From Gammaproteobacteria bacterium (GTDB lineage: Bacteria; Pseudomonadota; Gammaproteobacteria; WFUO01): a stretch of DNA of 64,000 bases. The notes beneath the pieces are model-generated. The model did no database searches. It was not told the DNA's origin and was given only the letters and a program-made list of their open reading frames with translations. The stretch covers positions 88,066 through 152,065 of the forward strand of contig WFUO01000061.1 of assembly GCA_015484945.1 (NCBI GenBank). Reading direction: 5' to 3'. The first letter of the stretch is position 1. Every line of letters starts with the position of its first letter. The translations under genes and the position numbers were made by a program. This document shows, piece by piece, positions 51,137-62,896 of the stretch.

Positions 51137-51584
51137 CGACAAGACGGTGACGATCTACACTGATGGCGCCTGCCGTGGCAATCCGGGTCCGGGCGGTTGG
51201 GGGGTGGTGCTCGAATACGGCGACCATGAAAAGGTGCTCAAGGGGGCCGAGCCCGAGACCACCAACAACCGCATGGAACTGACTGCGGCCATTCAGGCGC
51301 TGGAGGCGTTGAAGCGGCCTTGCAGGGTGCGTCTGGTGACCGATTCGCAGTATGTGCGCCAGGGCATTACCGAATGGCTGGCCAACTGGAAACAACGCAA
51401 CTGGAAGACGGCCGCGAAACAGCCGGTCAAGAACCGCGATCTCTGGCAGCGGCTGGACGAGGCCGCCGCAAGTCATGAGATCGAATGGGAATGGGTGCGG
51501 GGCCACAATGGACATCCCGGCAACGAACGCGCCGACCAGCTGGCCAACGAGGCCATTGACGAACTGCTCAAGCAACGGAGCTGA
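51129..51584 (+). CDS. rnhA: ribonuclease HI
   Basis: [19 protein letters not shown] and TNNRMEL motifs are present. It overlaps the methyltransferase end by 8 nt. Confidence 0.95.
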   Translation: MSDDKTVTIYTDGACRGNPGPGGWGVVLEYGDHEKVLKGAEPETTNNRMELTAAIQALEALKRPCRVRLVTDSQYVRQGITEWLANWKQRNWKTAAKQPVKNRDLWQRLDEAAASHEIEWEWVRGHNGHPGNERADQLANEAIDELLKQRS

Positions 51585-51587
51585 GAG

Positions 51588-52295
51588 ATGCGACAAATCG
51601 TTCTGGATACCGAAACGACGGGGCTCGAACCTTCACAGGGCCACCGGATCATCGAGATTGGCTGTGTCGAACTCGTTGACCGGCGTTATACCGGCAATAC
51701 CTATCACCAGTACCTGCAGCCAGACCGCGAGATCGACGCCGGCGCCATCGAGGTGCATGGCATCACCAACGAATTTCTGGCCGACAAGCCGCGTTTCGCC
51801 GATATCGTCGATGACTTCATGTCCTTCATCAAGGGCGCGCAACTGGTGATCCACAATGCGCCCTTCGATGTGGGTTTCATCGATCACGAGCTGGGCTTGC
51901 TGGATGCGGGTTGGAAGCGCCTGGACAGTTATTGCCAGATCCTCGATACCCTGGCCCTGGCTAGAGAGATGCATCCGGGACAGAAAAACAGTCTCGATGC
52001 CCTGTGCAAGCGCTATGAGATCGACAACTCCTCACGCCAGAAGCATGGCGCCCTGCTCGATGCCGAGATTCTCGCCGATGTCTATCTGGCCATGACCGGT
52101 GGACAACGCGCCCTGTTGCTTGGTGGCGAGGAGGCCGGTTCCGGTGCCGGCGAAACGGCCGCCATCCGGCGTCTGGATGGCAACCGGCCGCCGTTGGCCG
52201 TCATTCGTGCCAGTGACGACGAGGCGCTGGCGCATACCCGCCGGCTGCGCGCCATTCAAGAGGCCTGTGGCGACACGCCGGTCTGGGACCGCTGA
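51588..52295 (+). CDS. dnaQ: DNA polymerase III epsilon subunit (3'-5' exonuclease)
   Basis: Exo motifs RQIVLDTETTGL, VIHNAPFDVGF and HGALLDAEILADVY are present. Confidence 0.95.
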   Translation: MRQIVLDTETTGLEPSQGHRIIEIGCVELVDRRYTGNTYHQYLQPDREIDAGAIEVHGITNEFLADKPRFADIVDDFMSFIKGAQLVIHNAPFDVGFIDHELGLLDAGWKRLDSYCQILDTLALAREMHPGQKNSLDALCKRYEIDNSSRQKHGALLDAEILADVYLAMTGGQRALLLGGEEAGSGAGETAAIRRLDGNRPPLAVIRASDDEALAHTRRLRAIQEACGDTPVWDR

Positions 52296-52317
52296 CGCGT
52301 CTAAATGCCCCGGTCTT

Positions 52318-53163
52318 TCAACGTCGGCCTTTGTTGCGCAGTAACAGTGCCGGGTTGACCATGGTACGGTTGAGGCTGACGGCCCAGTGCAGGTGAGGTC
52401 CGGTGGCGCGGCCGGTCATTCCGACCGTGCCGATCTGCTCGCCCTGATTCACCGGTTGCCTGGCACGCACCATGATGCGGTCGAGATGAGCGTACATCGA
52501 CACCATGCCCCGACCGTGGTCGATGAACACCGTCTTGCCGGTGAAAAAGAAATCGCCGGTCATGACCACGAGGCCATCGGCTGGCGCGCGTACCGGCGTG
52601 CCCCTGGGTGCGGAGATATCCATGCCCCGGTGTGGACGCCGTGGCCGGCCGTTGAAGATGCGCCGGAAACCGAACGAGTTGCGGTAGCGTCCCTTGACTG
52701 GCAAGCGGAAGTCGAAACTGATCTCGGGCGGATCGCTCCAGCGGCTCAGGGCGGTGATGATGAGGTTTCTTTCACGGTAGATACGCTGCAGATCACGCTT
52801 GTTTGGTGTGACCATGCGCTGGTTCGCGATGCTGATATGCTGGGTGCGGTAGTGTTTCGCGCGGATGATGAACGGCACCGGACGCATGCTGCGGTTGCCG
52901 TAACGGACAATCAGCTCGTAGCGTCCGGGAGGCAATGACAGCGGAATGCCGAGCACGGCAAACCAGCGTCCACGGCGCTGTACCAGCATCACACGCCGTT
53001 TGCGCCATACCGCGTAGAGCGGTTTTTCCTCACGGTGCAGATTGAGTATCACAATACCGCCCGGCACAGATTCGGCGCGGGGCAGATCCAGCATCGCGGC
53101 CGCGCTGGCGTCGGCAAGATATGTCAGCAGCCACAGCAAGGTCGCAGCCGCCTGTCGCCTCAT
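52318..53163 (-). CDS. M23-family murein endopeptidase
   Basis: HRGMDISAPRGTPVRAPADG and GRATGPHLHW Zn-ligand motifs, plus an N-terminal signal peptide. Confidence 0.88.
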   Translation of the reverse strand: MRRQAAATLLWLLTYLADASAAAMLDLPRAESVPGGIVILNLHREEKPLYAVWRKRRVMLVQRRGRWFAVLGIPLSLPPGRYELIVRYGNRSMRPVPFIIRAKHYRTQHISIANQRMVTPNKRDLQRIYRERNLIITALSRWSDPPEISFDFRLPVKGRYRNSFGFRRIFNGRPRRPHRGMDISAPRGTPVRAPADGLVVMTGDFFFTGKTVFIDHGRGMVSMYAHLDRIMVRARQPVNQGEQIGTVGMTGRATGPHLHWAVSLNRTMVNPALLLRNKGRR

Positions 53164-54518
53164 CGTTTGTTCCTCCTGCGAGCGGGTGTCACACTGTCAA
53201 CCGTGCATGCCAGCGAGCCCCTGGCCAGCTGTGCCACGACACGGTCGCCCGGGGCGAGCCTGGCGGCATCATCGATTACCCGATCATCGTGGCGCACGAT
53301 CGCGTAGCCGCGGTCCAGCGTGGCCAGGGGGCTGAGGCTGTGCAACTCGCGTGACAGTGCGGCGAGCCGGTCCTCCTGCCGGCGCAGCCGGTTGTGCATG
53401 GCGCTGTTCAGGCGTTGCTGGAGCTGTCTGCAGATGCCCGCGGCGTGCGCGATACGCGCGCCGGGATGGTGCCGCTGCAGTCGCCCCGCGAGTGCCGCGA
53501 GGCGTGCCTGCCGTTCCGCCAGCCGGTGACGGCAGGCACGCGACAGACGCATCGACAGTTCGTCCAGGTGCTGGAACTGCTGCTGCAGCCGATATACCGG
53601 GTGCTGCCGCCGAAGCCGCTCACGCAGCCAGTCCAGATGCCGCGCATGCTCACGCAGCAGGGTATCGATCCGGCGCAGCAAGCGCTGCGCGAGGGTCTCG
53701 ATGCGCCGTTGCAGAACGCTGGCATCCGGGCTCAGCAGTTCGGCGGCCGCGCTCGGCGTGGCGGCGCGCTGGTCGGCAACCAGATCGGCGATGGTTACGT
53801 CCACCTCGTGGCCGATACCGGTCACGACCGGCAGGTGGCTGGCGAAAATGGCGCGCGCGACCACTTCGGTATTGAAGCACCACAGATCCTCCAGGGATCC
53901 CCCGCCCCGGGCCACGATCAGCGCATCCACCTCGTTGCGGCGGTTGGCCGTCTCGATCGCGGCGGCAATTTGATACGCCGCATCTTCGCCCTGGACCGCA
54001 GTTGGGTAAACGGTGAGCTCAATGGCAGGAAAGCGGCGCCGGAAAACGCTGACGATGTCGCGTATCGCCGCCCCGGTGGGCGAGGTGACGATACCGATAC
54101 GCGCCGGCCATGGCGGCAATGGGCGTTTGTGCCGGCTGGCAAACAGCCCCTCGGCATCCAGGCGGCGCTTGAGCGCCTCGAAGGCGCGTTGCAGCGCGCC
54201 ATCACCGGCCTCTTCCATGTGTTCGATGATGAGCTGGAAGTCGCCACGTGCCTCGTACAGGCTGATGCGCGCGCGCACCAGCACCATCATGCCGGGTTCG
54301 GGCATGAAATCCAGCAGGCTGTTGCGGTTGCGGAACATCGCCGCGCGCACCTGGGCCTGTTCATCCTTGAGGGTGAAGTACCAGTGCCCGGAACCCGGCG
54401 TGGCGAGGTTGCTGATTTCGCCTTCCAGCCACAACAGTGGAAAGTTGCCCTCCAGTAGCTGACGGGTCTCGCGGTTGAGACGCGATACGGTGTAGATGTC
54501 GCGTTCCGGCATGTCCAT
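53160..54518 (-). CDS. xseA: exodeoxyribonuclease VII large subunit
   Basis: IYTVSRLNRETRQLLEGNFPLLWLEGEISN OB-fold N-terminus. It is divergent from guaBA as in E. coli. Confidence 0.93.
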   Translation of the reverse strand: MDMPERDIYTVSRLNRETRQLLEGNFPLLWLEGEISNLATPGSGHWYFTLKDEQAQVRAAMFRNRNSLLDFMPEPGMMVLVRARISLYEARGDFQLIIEHMEEAGDGALQRAFEALKRRLDAEGLFASRHKRPLPPWPARIGIVTSPTGAAIRDIVSVFRRRFPAIELTVYPTAVQGEDAAYQIAAAIETANRRNEVDALIVARGGGSLEDLWCFNTEVVARAIFASHLPVVTGIGHEVDVTIADLVADQRAATPSAAAELLSPDASVLQRRIETLAQRLLRRIDTLLREHARHLDWLRERLRRQHPVYRLQQQFQHLDELSMRLSRACRHRLAERQARLAALAGRLQRHHPGARIAHAAGICRQLQQRLNSAMHNRLRRQEDRLAALSRELHSLSPLATLDRGYAIVRHDDRVIDDAARLAPGDRVVAQLARGSLACTVDSVTPARRRNKR

Positions 54519-54571
54519 GCCGACAGGGTAGCCTGAAAGCGGTCAGAAAGGGAAGATCACCCGCGGAAAAA

Positions 54572-54602
54572 TGAAAAACCGGGGCAGGGCCCCGGTTTTT
54601 TT
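54572..54602 (-). terminator. bidirectional-type rho-independent terminator downstream of the 54619-54924 gene
   Basis: CCGGGG/CCCCGG hairpin flanked by an A-run on one side and a T-run on the other. Confidence 0.75.
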
Positions 54603-54618
54603 CGATTGGCCTTGCGGC

Positions 54619-54924
54619 TTACTGGTGAAGATCGGCGTACTTGGCTTTCTTGGCCTGTTCCATGCCCAGCTTGGCGTGGGTCTTGGCCATGTTGGCCAGC
54701 TTGATGGCCTTGGCGTAGTTACCCTTGCGGTAGGCCTTCTTGGCCGGCCCCAGCAGCTTTTTATAGGTATCACGCCACTCGAAGCCCATCTTGCGGACCT
54801 TGTTGTTGGCCTGAACAGCGGCAAGGATGGCATTGGCGGCCTGGGCGCGGGTTGCCTTGCCGGCGATGGCACTGGTGGCGCCGAAAGCAAGCAGCATGGT
54901 GAGCAGGATTGCGATCTTCTTCAT
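54619..54924 (-). CDS. small secreted Lys/Ala-rich helical protein (101 aa)
   Basis: Signal peptide MKKIAILLTMLLAFGATSAIA and GGAG Shine-Dalgarno. Family uncertain (possibly DUF4398-like, from memory). Confidence 0.6.
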   Translation of the reverse strand: MKKIAILLTMLLAFGATSAIAGKATRAQAANAILAAVQANNKVRKMGFEWRDTYKKLLGPAKKAYRKGNYAKAIKLANMAKTHAKLGMEQAKKAKYADLHQ

Positions 54925-55118
54925 GGTGTCTCCTCCGGTAATGGATCACTCTGGTTGTTATCCGGGGCATGGCCCCATGCCCGGCTGGCGGGCTTTTTGT
55001 TATCGGGCGGCCGCAGCCGGTCACCCACGATGGGTCTAGGCTACCCATATTTGTACCGGGGCGTCAAATTCTATCATCAACGGCTAATATACCTTCCCGC
55101 CAACGGCCTTTGTGGTAG

Positions 55119-56621
<1,503 letters not shown>

Positions 56622-56653
56622 AAGCCGTTCGCCTGCGCCAGAGCAAAGTAGTC

Positions 56654-58234
56654 ATGTCCAACAACATTCATGCCGACCGCATACTGATTCTCGATTTCGG
56701 ATCGCAATACACCCAGCTCATCGCGCGGCGTGTGCGCGAGGCCGGAGTCTATTGCGAAATACACGCCTGGGATCTGATGGACGATCAGGCGGTACGCGAA
56801 TTCGCGCCCCGGGGCATCATACTCTCCGGCGGCCCCGAGTCGGTCACCGGTGACGAGGCGCCGGCCGCACCACAGGTAGTGTTCGAACTCGGCGTACCGG
56901 TACTGGGTATCTGCTACGGCATGCAGACCATGGCCGCGCAGCTCGGCGGCCGGGTCGAGAATGCCGATCACCATGAATACGGTTATGCCCAGGTGCGGGC
57001 GCGTGGTCATTCCGCCCTGTTGCGCGACATCGAGGACCATACCACGCCGGAAGGCTATGGCATGCTCGATGTATGGATGAGCCATGGCGACCGGGTGATC
57101 GAGATCCCGCCGGGCTTCAAGGTCATCGCCACGACCGACAACGCCCCCGTGGCCGGCATGGCCGACGAATCGCGCCATTTTTACGGTCTGCAATTTCATC
57201 CCGAGGTCACGCATACCCGCCAGGGCGAGCGCATCATCAACCGTTTCGTGCATGAGATCTGTGGATGTGACGCCCTGTGGACGCCGGGCAACATCATCGA
57301 GGACAGCATCACGCAGATTCGCCAACAGGTTGGCGACGACCAGGTCCTGCTCGGGCTGTCCGGTGGCGTCGATTCCTCGGTCGTCGCGGCCCTGCTGCAC
57401 AAGGCCATCGGCGGCCAGCTCACCTGTGTGTTCGTTGACAACGGCCTGCTGCGTCTGCACGAGGGCGACCAGGTCATGGCCACGTTCGCCGAGCACATGG
57501 GCGTGCGCGTGATCCGCGTCGATGCCGAACAGCGTTTTCTCGATGCCCTGAAAGGCGTGACCGACCCGGAACGCAAGCGCAAGATCATCGGCAACCTGTT
57601 CATCGAAGTGTTCGATGAGCAGGCCGAGCAGCTTGACAACGTCAAGTGGCTGGCCCAGGGCACTATCTACCCCGATGTGATCGAATCGGCCGGGGCCAAA
57701 TCCGGCAAGGCGCATGTGATCAAGTCACATCACAATGTCGGTGGTTTGCCGGAGTTCATGAAGCTGAAACTGGTGGAACCCCTGCGCGAACTGTTCAAGG
57801 ACGAGGTACGCAAGCTGGGTCTCGAACTCGGTCTGCCGTCCGAGATGGTGTACCGTCATCCGTTCCCCGGCCCCGGGCTGGGTGTGCGTATCCTCGGTGA
57901 GGTAAAGAAGGAATATGCCGATATTCTGCGTCTGGCAGATGACATCTTCATCAGCGAGCTGCGCCAACACGATCTCTACGACCAGGTCAGTCAGGCCTTC
58001 GCCGTGTTCCTGCCAGTGAAATCGGTCGGTGTCACCGGTGACGGGCGCCGTTACGATTATGTCATCGCCTTGCGCGCGGTGGAGACCATCGACTTCATGA
58101 CCGCGCGTTGGGCGCATCTGCCTTATGATTTCCTCGCCCATGTTTCCACGCGCATCATCAACGAGGTCAAGGGCGTCTCGCGCGTCACCTACGACATCTC
58201 CGGCAAGCCGCCCGCGACGATCGAGTGGGAGTAG
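56654..58234 (+). CDS. guaA: GMP synthase (glutamine-hydrolysing)
   Basis: [20 protein letters not shown], GATase GICYGMQ and ATP-PPase P-loop LSGGVDSSV are present. Confidence 0.97.
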   Translation: MSNNIHADRILILDFGSQYTQLIARRVREAGVYCEIHAWDLMDDQAVREFAPRGIILSGGPESVTGDEAPAAPQVVFELGVPVLGICYGMQTMAAQLGGRVENADHHEYGYAQVRARGHSALLRDIEDHTTPEGYGMLDVWMSHGDRVIEIPPGFKVIATTDNAPVAGMADESRHFYGLQFHPEVTHTRQGERIINRFVHEICGCDALWTPGNIIEDSITQIRQQVGDDQVLLGLSGGVDSSVVAALLHKAIGGQLTCVFVDNGLLRLHEGDQVMATFAEHMGVRVIRVDAEQRFLDALKGVTDPERKRKIIGNLFIEVFDEQAEQLDNVKWLAQGTIYPDVIESAGAKSGKAHVIKSHHNVGGLPEFMKLKLVEPLRELFKDEVRKLGLELGLPSEMVYRHPFPGPGLGVRILGEVKKEYADILRLADDIFISELRQHDLYDQVSQAFAVFLPVKSVGVTGDGRRYDYVIALRAVETIDFMTARWAHLPYDFLAHVSTRIINEVKGVSRVTYDISGKPPATIEWE

Positions 58235-58302
58235 GGGCGATTGGCGCCGCCCGAAGCCGTCGGATGATGCCGGCATGACATCACCCGGCTGCATCCGTTC
58301 TT

Positions 58303-59217
58303 TCAGATAGTGCGCTCGATCTGTTCCGCTTCCCGCAGTACCAGCTGCGCGAAGGCCGATGCGGCCGGGCTCAGGCGTTTTCCCTCGCGTTGCACCAGGT
58401 ACCATTCCCGTTGCAGGGGGAACCCCTGGATGTCCAATACGCACAACTGTCCCGACGCGATCTCTGCCCTGACCGTGTGTAACGATACCAGACCCAGGCC
58501 CAAACCCGCCTCGACTGCGTGCTTGATGGCTTCATTCTTGTTCATCTCCATGGCGGGTTCAAACTGATGGCCATGTTCCGTGAACAATTTCTCCAGTGCC
58601 ATCCGGGTGCCTGATCCCTGTTCCCGTCCGATCAGGGGTTCATTGACGAGTCTGGAAAACGGAATATCGCGTTTATTTGCGAGTGCATGATCCGTGGCGG
58701 CAATAATGACCAGCGGGTTTTTCATAAAGGCTTGCGCAACGAGGTGAGAATTTTCGGGAGGTTTTCCCATCAGCGCCAGATCGATGCTGTTTGCCGAGAG
58801 ATGCTGTAGCAAGGTTGCACGGTTGACAACATTTAGGAAGGTGTGAACGTCAGGATGCAGGGTGCGAAACAGCGCGACCAGGCGTGCAGCAAAAACACTC
58901 GCTGTGCTGGTTGCAGAAACGGTGAGTGTGCCACCCTTCAAACCCTGAATATCAGCCAGTGTGTGTTCCAGATTGACCAGTTGCTGTTCTATCACCTCAC
59001 CGCATTCCAGTACCGCCCTTCCAGCCTCGGTGAGGTGAATCTTCTTGCCCATATGTTCGAACAGTGGAATGCCAAGCATGGCTTCGAGTTGCTTGATTTG
59101 CATCGAAACCGCTGGCTGCGTGAGGTGCAGTTCACTGCTTGCGCGTGAAAAGCTTTCATGATGCGCAACGGCGGTGAGTATCTGGAGTTGTCGCAGGGTA
59201 ACCTTAAGCATAATCAA
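58303..59217 (-). CDS. cbbR: LysR-family transcriptional regulator, RuBisCO operon type
   Basis: LysR HTH (LRQLQILTAVAHHESFSRASSELHLTQPAVSMQIKQLE). It is divergently adjacent to cbbM. Confidence 0.85.
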   Translation of the reverse strand: MIMLKVTLRQLQILTAVAHHESFSRASSELHLTQPAVSMQIKQLEAMLGIPLFEHMGKKIHLTEAGRAVLECGEVIEQQLVNLEHTLADIQGLKGGTLTVSATSTASVFAARLVALFRTLHPDVHTFLNVVNRATLLQHLSANSIDLALMGKPPENSHLVAQAFMKNPLVIIAATDHALANKRDIPFSRLVNEPLIGREQGSGTRMALEKLFTEHGHQFEPAMEMNKNEAIKHAVEAGLGLGLVSLHTVRAEIASGQLCVLDIQGFPLQREWYLVQREGKRLSPAASAFAQLVLREAEQIERTI

Positions 59218-59426
59218 AACTTTGATATATACAAAAATATACTGAATATACCTTATAACACGCGTACTTTATAGTGTCTTTACTGCAAGGGAAACCCTGA
59301 TTGCCTGTATTGCCGTGTTCCCGGACGGAGCGGAATCCAGCGATTTGAATAATGGGCATTGCGTTTGGCGGAATGCTTCAGGGTCAGGGCTTTCCCGTGT
59401 TTTTCAGGCAAATACCGGAGGTTCCC
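59218..59426. promoter_or_regulatory. divergent cbbR-cbbM control region
   Basis: The AT-rich segment 59218-59300 contrasts with the window as a whole. The LysR/target-gene geometry implies CbbR operator(s) and both promoters lie here. I could not fix individual sites. Confidence 0.5.
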
Positions 59427-60836
59427 ATGTCAAACGATCAATCGGGTCGCTATGCAAATCTGGATCTGAAAGAAGAAGAGCTGATTGCCGGCGGCAAACA
59501 CCTGCTGGTGGCATACCGTATGAAACCGGCTGACGGGCACGGTTTCCTGGCCGTTGCGGCACACGTTGCCGCCGAGTCTTCGACAGGTACCAATGTCGAG
59601 GTCTGTACCACCGACGATTTCACCCGCGGTGTGGATGCACTGGTCTATGAAATCGACGAGCACGCCTTCGGTGACAAGGGCGGCCTGATGAAGATCGCCT
59701 ATCCTGTCGAGTTGTTCGATCCGAACCTGACAGACGGTACCTACAATGTTTCTCACATGTGGTCGCTGATACTGGGAAACAACCAGGGCATGGGCGACCA
59801 TGAAGGCCTGCGTATGCTTGATTTCCTGGTGCCGGAATGCATGATCAAGCGCTTCGATGGTCCTTCCGCGAATATCAGCAACCTGTGGAAGGTTCTCGGG
59901 CGTCCTGAGCAGCATGGGGGCTATATTGCGGGAACCATCATCAAGCCCAAGCTGGGACTGCGTCCCGAGCCTTTCGCAAAGGCTTGTTACGATTTCTGGC
60001 TTGGCGGTACGTTCATCAAGAACGACGAGCCGCAGGCCAACCAGCCTTTCTGTCCGATGAAAGAAGTGATCCCGCTGGTTGCCCAGGCCATGGATCGTGC
60101 ACAGCAGGAAACCGGCGAGGCCAAACTGTTTTCCGCGAACATCACCGCCGACTTCCATCAAGAAATGATCCATCGGGGCGAGTACGTTCTGGAACAGTTC
60201 GCCAAATACGATTCCGCCGATCACGTTGCCTTTCTCGTCGATGGCTTCGTCACCGGTCCGGCCGGGGTGACGACCTGCCGTCGCGCCTTCCCGGACACCT
60301 TCCTGCATTTCCATCGAGCAGGTCATGGAGCCTTGACTTCCTACAAATCGCCGATGGGCATGGATCCGGTCTGTTACATGAAGATGGCACGACTGATGGG
60401 GGCCTCCGGGATTCATACAGGCACCATGGGTTATGGCAAGATGGAAGGTCATGCCGGTGAGACGGTCATGGCGTACATGCTGGAGCGTGATGAGTGTCAG
60501 GGCCCTTACTTCTATCAGAAATGGTATGGAATGAAGGCAACCACGCCGATCATCTCAGGTGGCATGAACGCCCTGCGCCTGCCGGGTTTCTTCGAGAACC
60601 TGGGGCACGGCGATTTGATCAATACCTGTGGCGGTGGTTCCTTCGGTCACATCGATGGGCCGGCGGCCGGCGGCAAGTCCCTTGACCAGGCATACCAGTG
60701 CTGGAAGGAGGGTGCCGATCCCATCGAATTCGCCAAACAACATCGGGAATTTGCGCGTGCATTCGAGTCATTTCCTGGTGATGCCGACAGGCTGTTCCCG
60801 GGTTGGCGCGAAAAACTCGGCGTCAAGGTGGCCTGA
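59427..60836 (+). CDS. cbbM: ribulose-1,5-bisphosphate carboxylase/oxygenase, form II
   Basis: [35 protein letters not shown]-terminus, active-site [12 protein letters not shown] and FIKNDEPQ, and no small-subunit gene. GGAGG Shine-Dalgarno before the ATG at 59427. Confidence 0.95.
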   Translation: MSNDQSGRYANLDLKEEELIAGGKHLLVAYRMKPADGHGFLAVAAHVAAESSTGTNVEVCTTDDFTRGVDALVYEIDEHAFGDKGGLMKIAYPVELFDPNLTDGTYNVSHMWSLILGNNQGMGDHEGLRMLDFLVPECMIKRFDGPSANISNLWKVLGRPEQHGGYIAGTIIKPKLGLRPEPFAKACYDFWLGGTFIKNDEPQANQPFCPMKEVIPLVAQAMDRAQQETGEAKLFSANITADFHQEMIHRGEYVLEQFAKYDSADHVAFLVDGFVTGPAGVTTCRRAFPDTFLHFHRAGHGALTSYKSPMGMDPVCYMKMARLMGASGIHTGTMGYGKMEGHAGETVMAYMLERDECQGPYFYQKWYGMKATTPIISGGMNALRLPGFFENLGHGDLINTCGGGSFGHIDGPAAGGKSLDQAYQCWKEGADPIEFAKQHREFARAFESFPGDADRLFPGWREKLGVKVA

Positions 60837-60863
60837 TCCAGGACCAGGCTCCCGGCCGTAACG

Positions 60864-60908
60864 AAGGGCCGAATACCGTTGCAATTTCGGTATTCGGCCC
60901 TTTTCCGT
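60864..60908 (+). terminator. rho-independent terminator after cbbM
   Basis: A 15-bp stem AAGGGCCGAATACCG/CGGTATTCGGCCCTT is followed by TTCCGTT. Confidence 0.85.
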
Positions 60909-61166
60909 TATGTGGCTTGGCGGTTTTCCAAGGTCACCTGCAACTCGCTGGCATCCATATCACCAGGCTCCGGTTTGTGCGCATTGTATCGACTGGTTCT
61001 TGCGATATTTCCGGCGCCATTCTGTCAGGCTTTTTGCAGGCCCGCCGGTACGATATCGGTGATGGAAACTTGCCAGCCGGTCTGTCATCATAGGCGATAT
61101 GACGCAAGGCCCGCCGGATGTTGACGGCGCCGTGCGGTATCCATCATGCAATCCGGGGGGGTTAAG

Positions 61167-61607
61167 ATGACTGATAGATTCCTGGTCTGGTACAACCATC
61201 GCCAGCATCTCGTGGCCTGGCTGGTGTTTCTGTTTCCTGTCGGCCTGTTCGGGCTGTGGAAGACTTCTCTCTGGAACGACAGGGACAAGATCAGGATCGC
61301 GATTGGTGTGTTCATCGCCGTTGCGGTCATAGCAGCCATGGGTCGCAGCGGGCAGTGGCTTTTCGCACTGCTGGCCTGCCCCGCGGCGCTTTGGTACCTG
61401 TGGCAGGATGAGCGTGTCACGAAAAACGTCCGTTACCTGTTTGCAGGTATCCTGGCTGCATATATTCTTGTTCTGCTTGGTATGAACGATGTGGGATCCG
61501 CTGCCGGTTACAATCCTTCCTCCAGCTGCAGTACCACCTTCACGCGAAATGGATGCACCTACTACCGGGATTCATCGTGTAATGTGATTGGCCGTGCCTG
61601 TAACTGA
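61167..61607 (+). CDS. hypothetical four-helix membrane protein with Cys-rich C-terminal tail
   Basis: Four hydrophobic helices, then SSSCSTTFTRNGCTYYRDSSCNVIGRACN (4 Cys). The start is either 61146 or 61167. Confidence 0.55.
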   Translation: MTDRFLVWYNHRQHLVAWLVFLFPVGLFGLWKTSLWNDRDKIRIAIGVFIAVAVIAAMGRSGQWLFALLACPAALWYLWQDERVTKNVRYLFAGILAAYILVLLGMNDVGSAAGYNPSSSCSTTFTRNGCTYYRDSSCNVIGRACN

Positions 61608-61658
61608 CTTCCTCAACATACGGTTATACTTGAAGGGCAGGCCAGACTGGAATCAATC

Positions 61659-62729
61659 ATGGGTATTGTCATGAAAGTGCTATCCAAATCTGTCATTGTT
61701 ATTCTTTCCCTGGTCATGGCAACCAGTGCCTGGTCAGGGGTCAATATTCAACCTTCCAAACTGTATTTCAGCGGTGTTCTCAAGCTGGGGAGCAAGATGA
61801 AATATGTCCGTGTTCATCTCAAGCCTGGCATGCGGTTTGTGGCGGTCATGGGTGTTTACAAGAATCGTCGTGGTGAAAATACTGTCAAGGCGTGGCTGGT
61901 GACCGAGGAAAACTTTCGGCGCCGCCGTGCCGGCAAGCGTTATTACTACATCAAGGGCGCCGGTGGAACGGTACGCAAGACCGGCAAGATCGTATATCGC
62001 GCCACGAAGGAAGGGGATTATTATTTTCTGATAAGAAGCGGCAGTACTAACGGAAACACTCCCGTCAAACTGGTCGTTTATACACTACAGCCCAGGCTGA
62101 CGCCGGAATTTTTGCGCGAGCGCAAGTTCTACGATCGTATGTACCGCGCCTATATCGCCATGTTCAAGTCACGTTACTTCGATATCAACGTACGCGTATG
62201 CGGGATCAAGAACGCCTTTTCCGACTATGAATCCAACATCACCATCTGTCGGGAACTGATCATTGACCTGAAGCGCAAGGGGCATGGCGAGGCGATCAAG
62301 TTCATTCTGCACCATGAATTCGCCCATTCGCTACTCAAGATCTGGGGCTGGCCGCTATACGACAACGAGGATGTGGCCGACGAGTTTGCCACGGTGCTTT
62401 CGTTGATGTTCCGTCAGTACAAGGCACCGCTGGCGGCGGCCCGATGGTGGGCGAAGCGCCCGGTATCGGCGCGCTACCTGAGATACAAGATCAGGAAATA
62501 CGACCGCCATACGATAACCATCCAACGTGCCCGGAACATTCTCAAGTGGATGAAGGAACCACGCAAGCTTTTGAAGAAATGGCAGAAGTTTCTTATCTCG
62601 AACATGACCAATGCCGCCTTGAAGGTACTCAAGCGCGGCTGGGAGAAGGGAACGCTGACCTGGGTGAACATCGATGTGGTACGCGCAGAGATCGCGCGGC
62701 GTGTGCGTCTGCAACGACAGTGCCGTTGA
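61659..62729 (+). CDS. secreted putative zinc metallopeptidase (HExxH; DUF4344-like, tentative)
   Basis: Signal peptide, a beta-rich N-domain, and HHEFAH followed by DNEDVADEFA. Composition is lower in GC than the surrounding genes. Confidence 0.6.
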   Translation: MGIVMKVLSKSVIVILSLVMATSAWSGVNIQPSKLYFSGVLKLGSKMKYVRVHLKPGMRFVAVMGVYKNRRGENTVKAWLVTEENFRRRRAGKRYYYIKGAGGTVRKTGKIVYRATKEGDYYFLIRSGSTNGNTPVKLVVYTLQPRLTPEFLRERKFYDRMYRAYIAMFKSRYFDINVRVCGIKNAFSDYESNITICRELIIDLKRKGHGEAIKFILHHEFAHSLLKIWGWPLYDNEDVADEFATVLSLMFRQYKAPLAAARWWAKRPVSARYLRYKIRKYDRHTITIQRARNILKWMKEPRKLLKKWQKFLISNMTNAALKVLKRGWEKGTLTWVNIDVVRAEIARRVRLQRQCR

Positions 62730-62896
62730 TGCCCACGGGTTCGATGGCCGGACAGGTATGCATTCCGCACACTGGCCGGTCATCCCGGCCCGGGTGTCTG
62801 GGGGAGTGATACGGGCGCGGGAGGCCGGTTGCCGGCCGGCCAGTCAGGCCTGAAACTGGTGCTGCCGGGCCAGGTCTGTATGACGCATGTACAGGA

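Noticed and set aside
60803-61124. ORFs of 96 and 81 aa immediately after cbbM.
   Set aside because: They run through the cbbM terminator hairpin, and they have no Shine-Dalgarno and no recognisable features.
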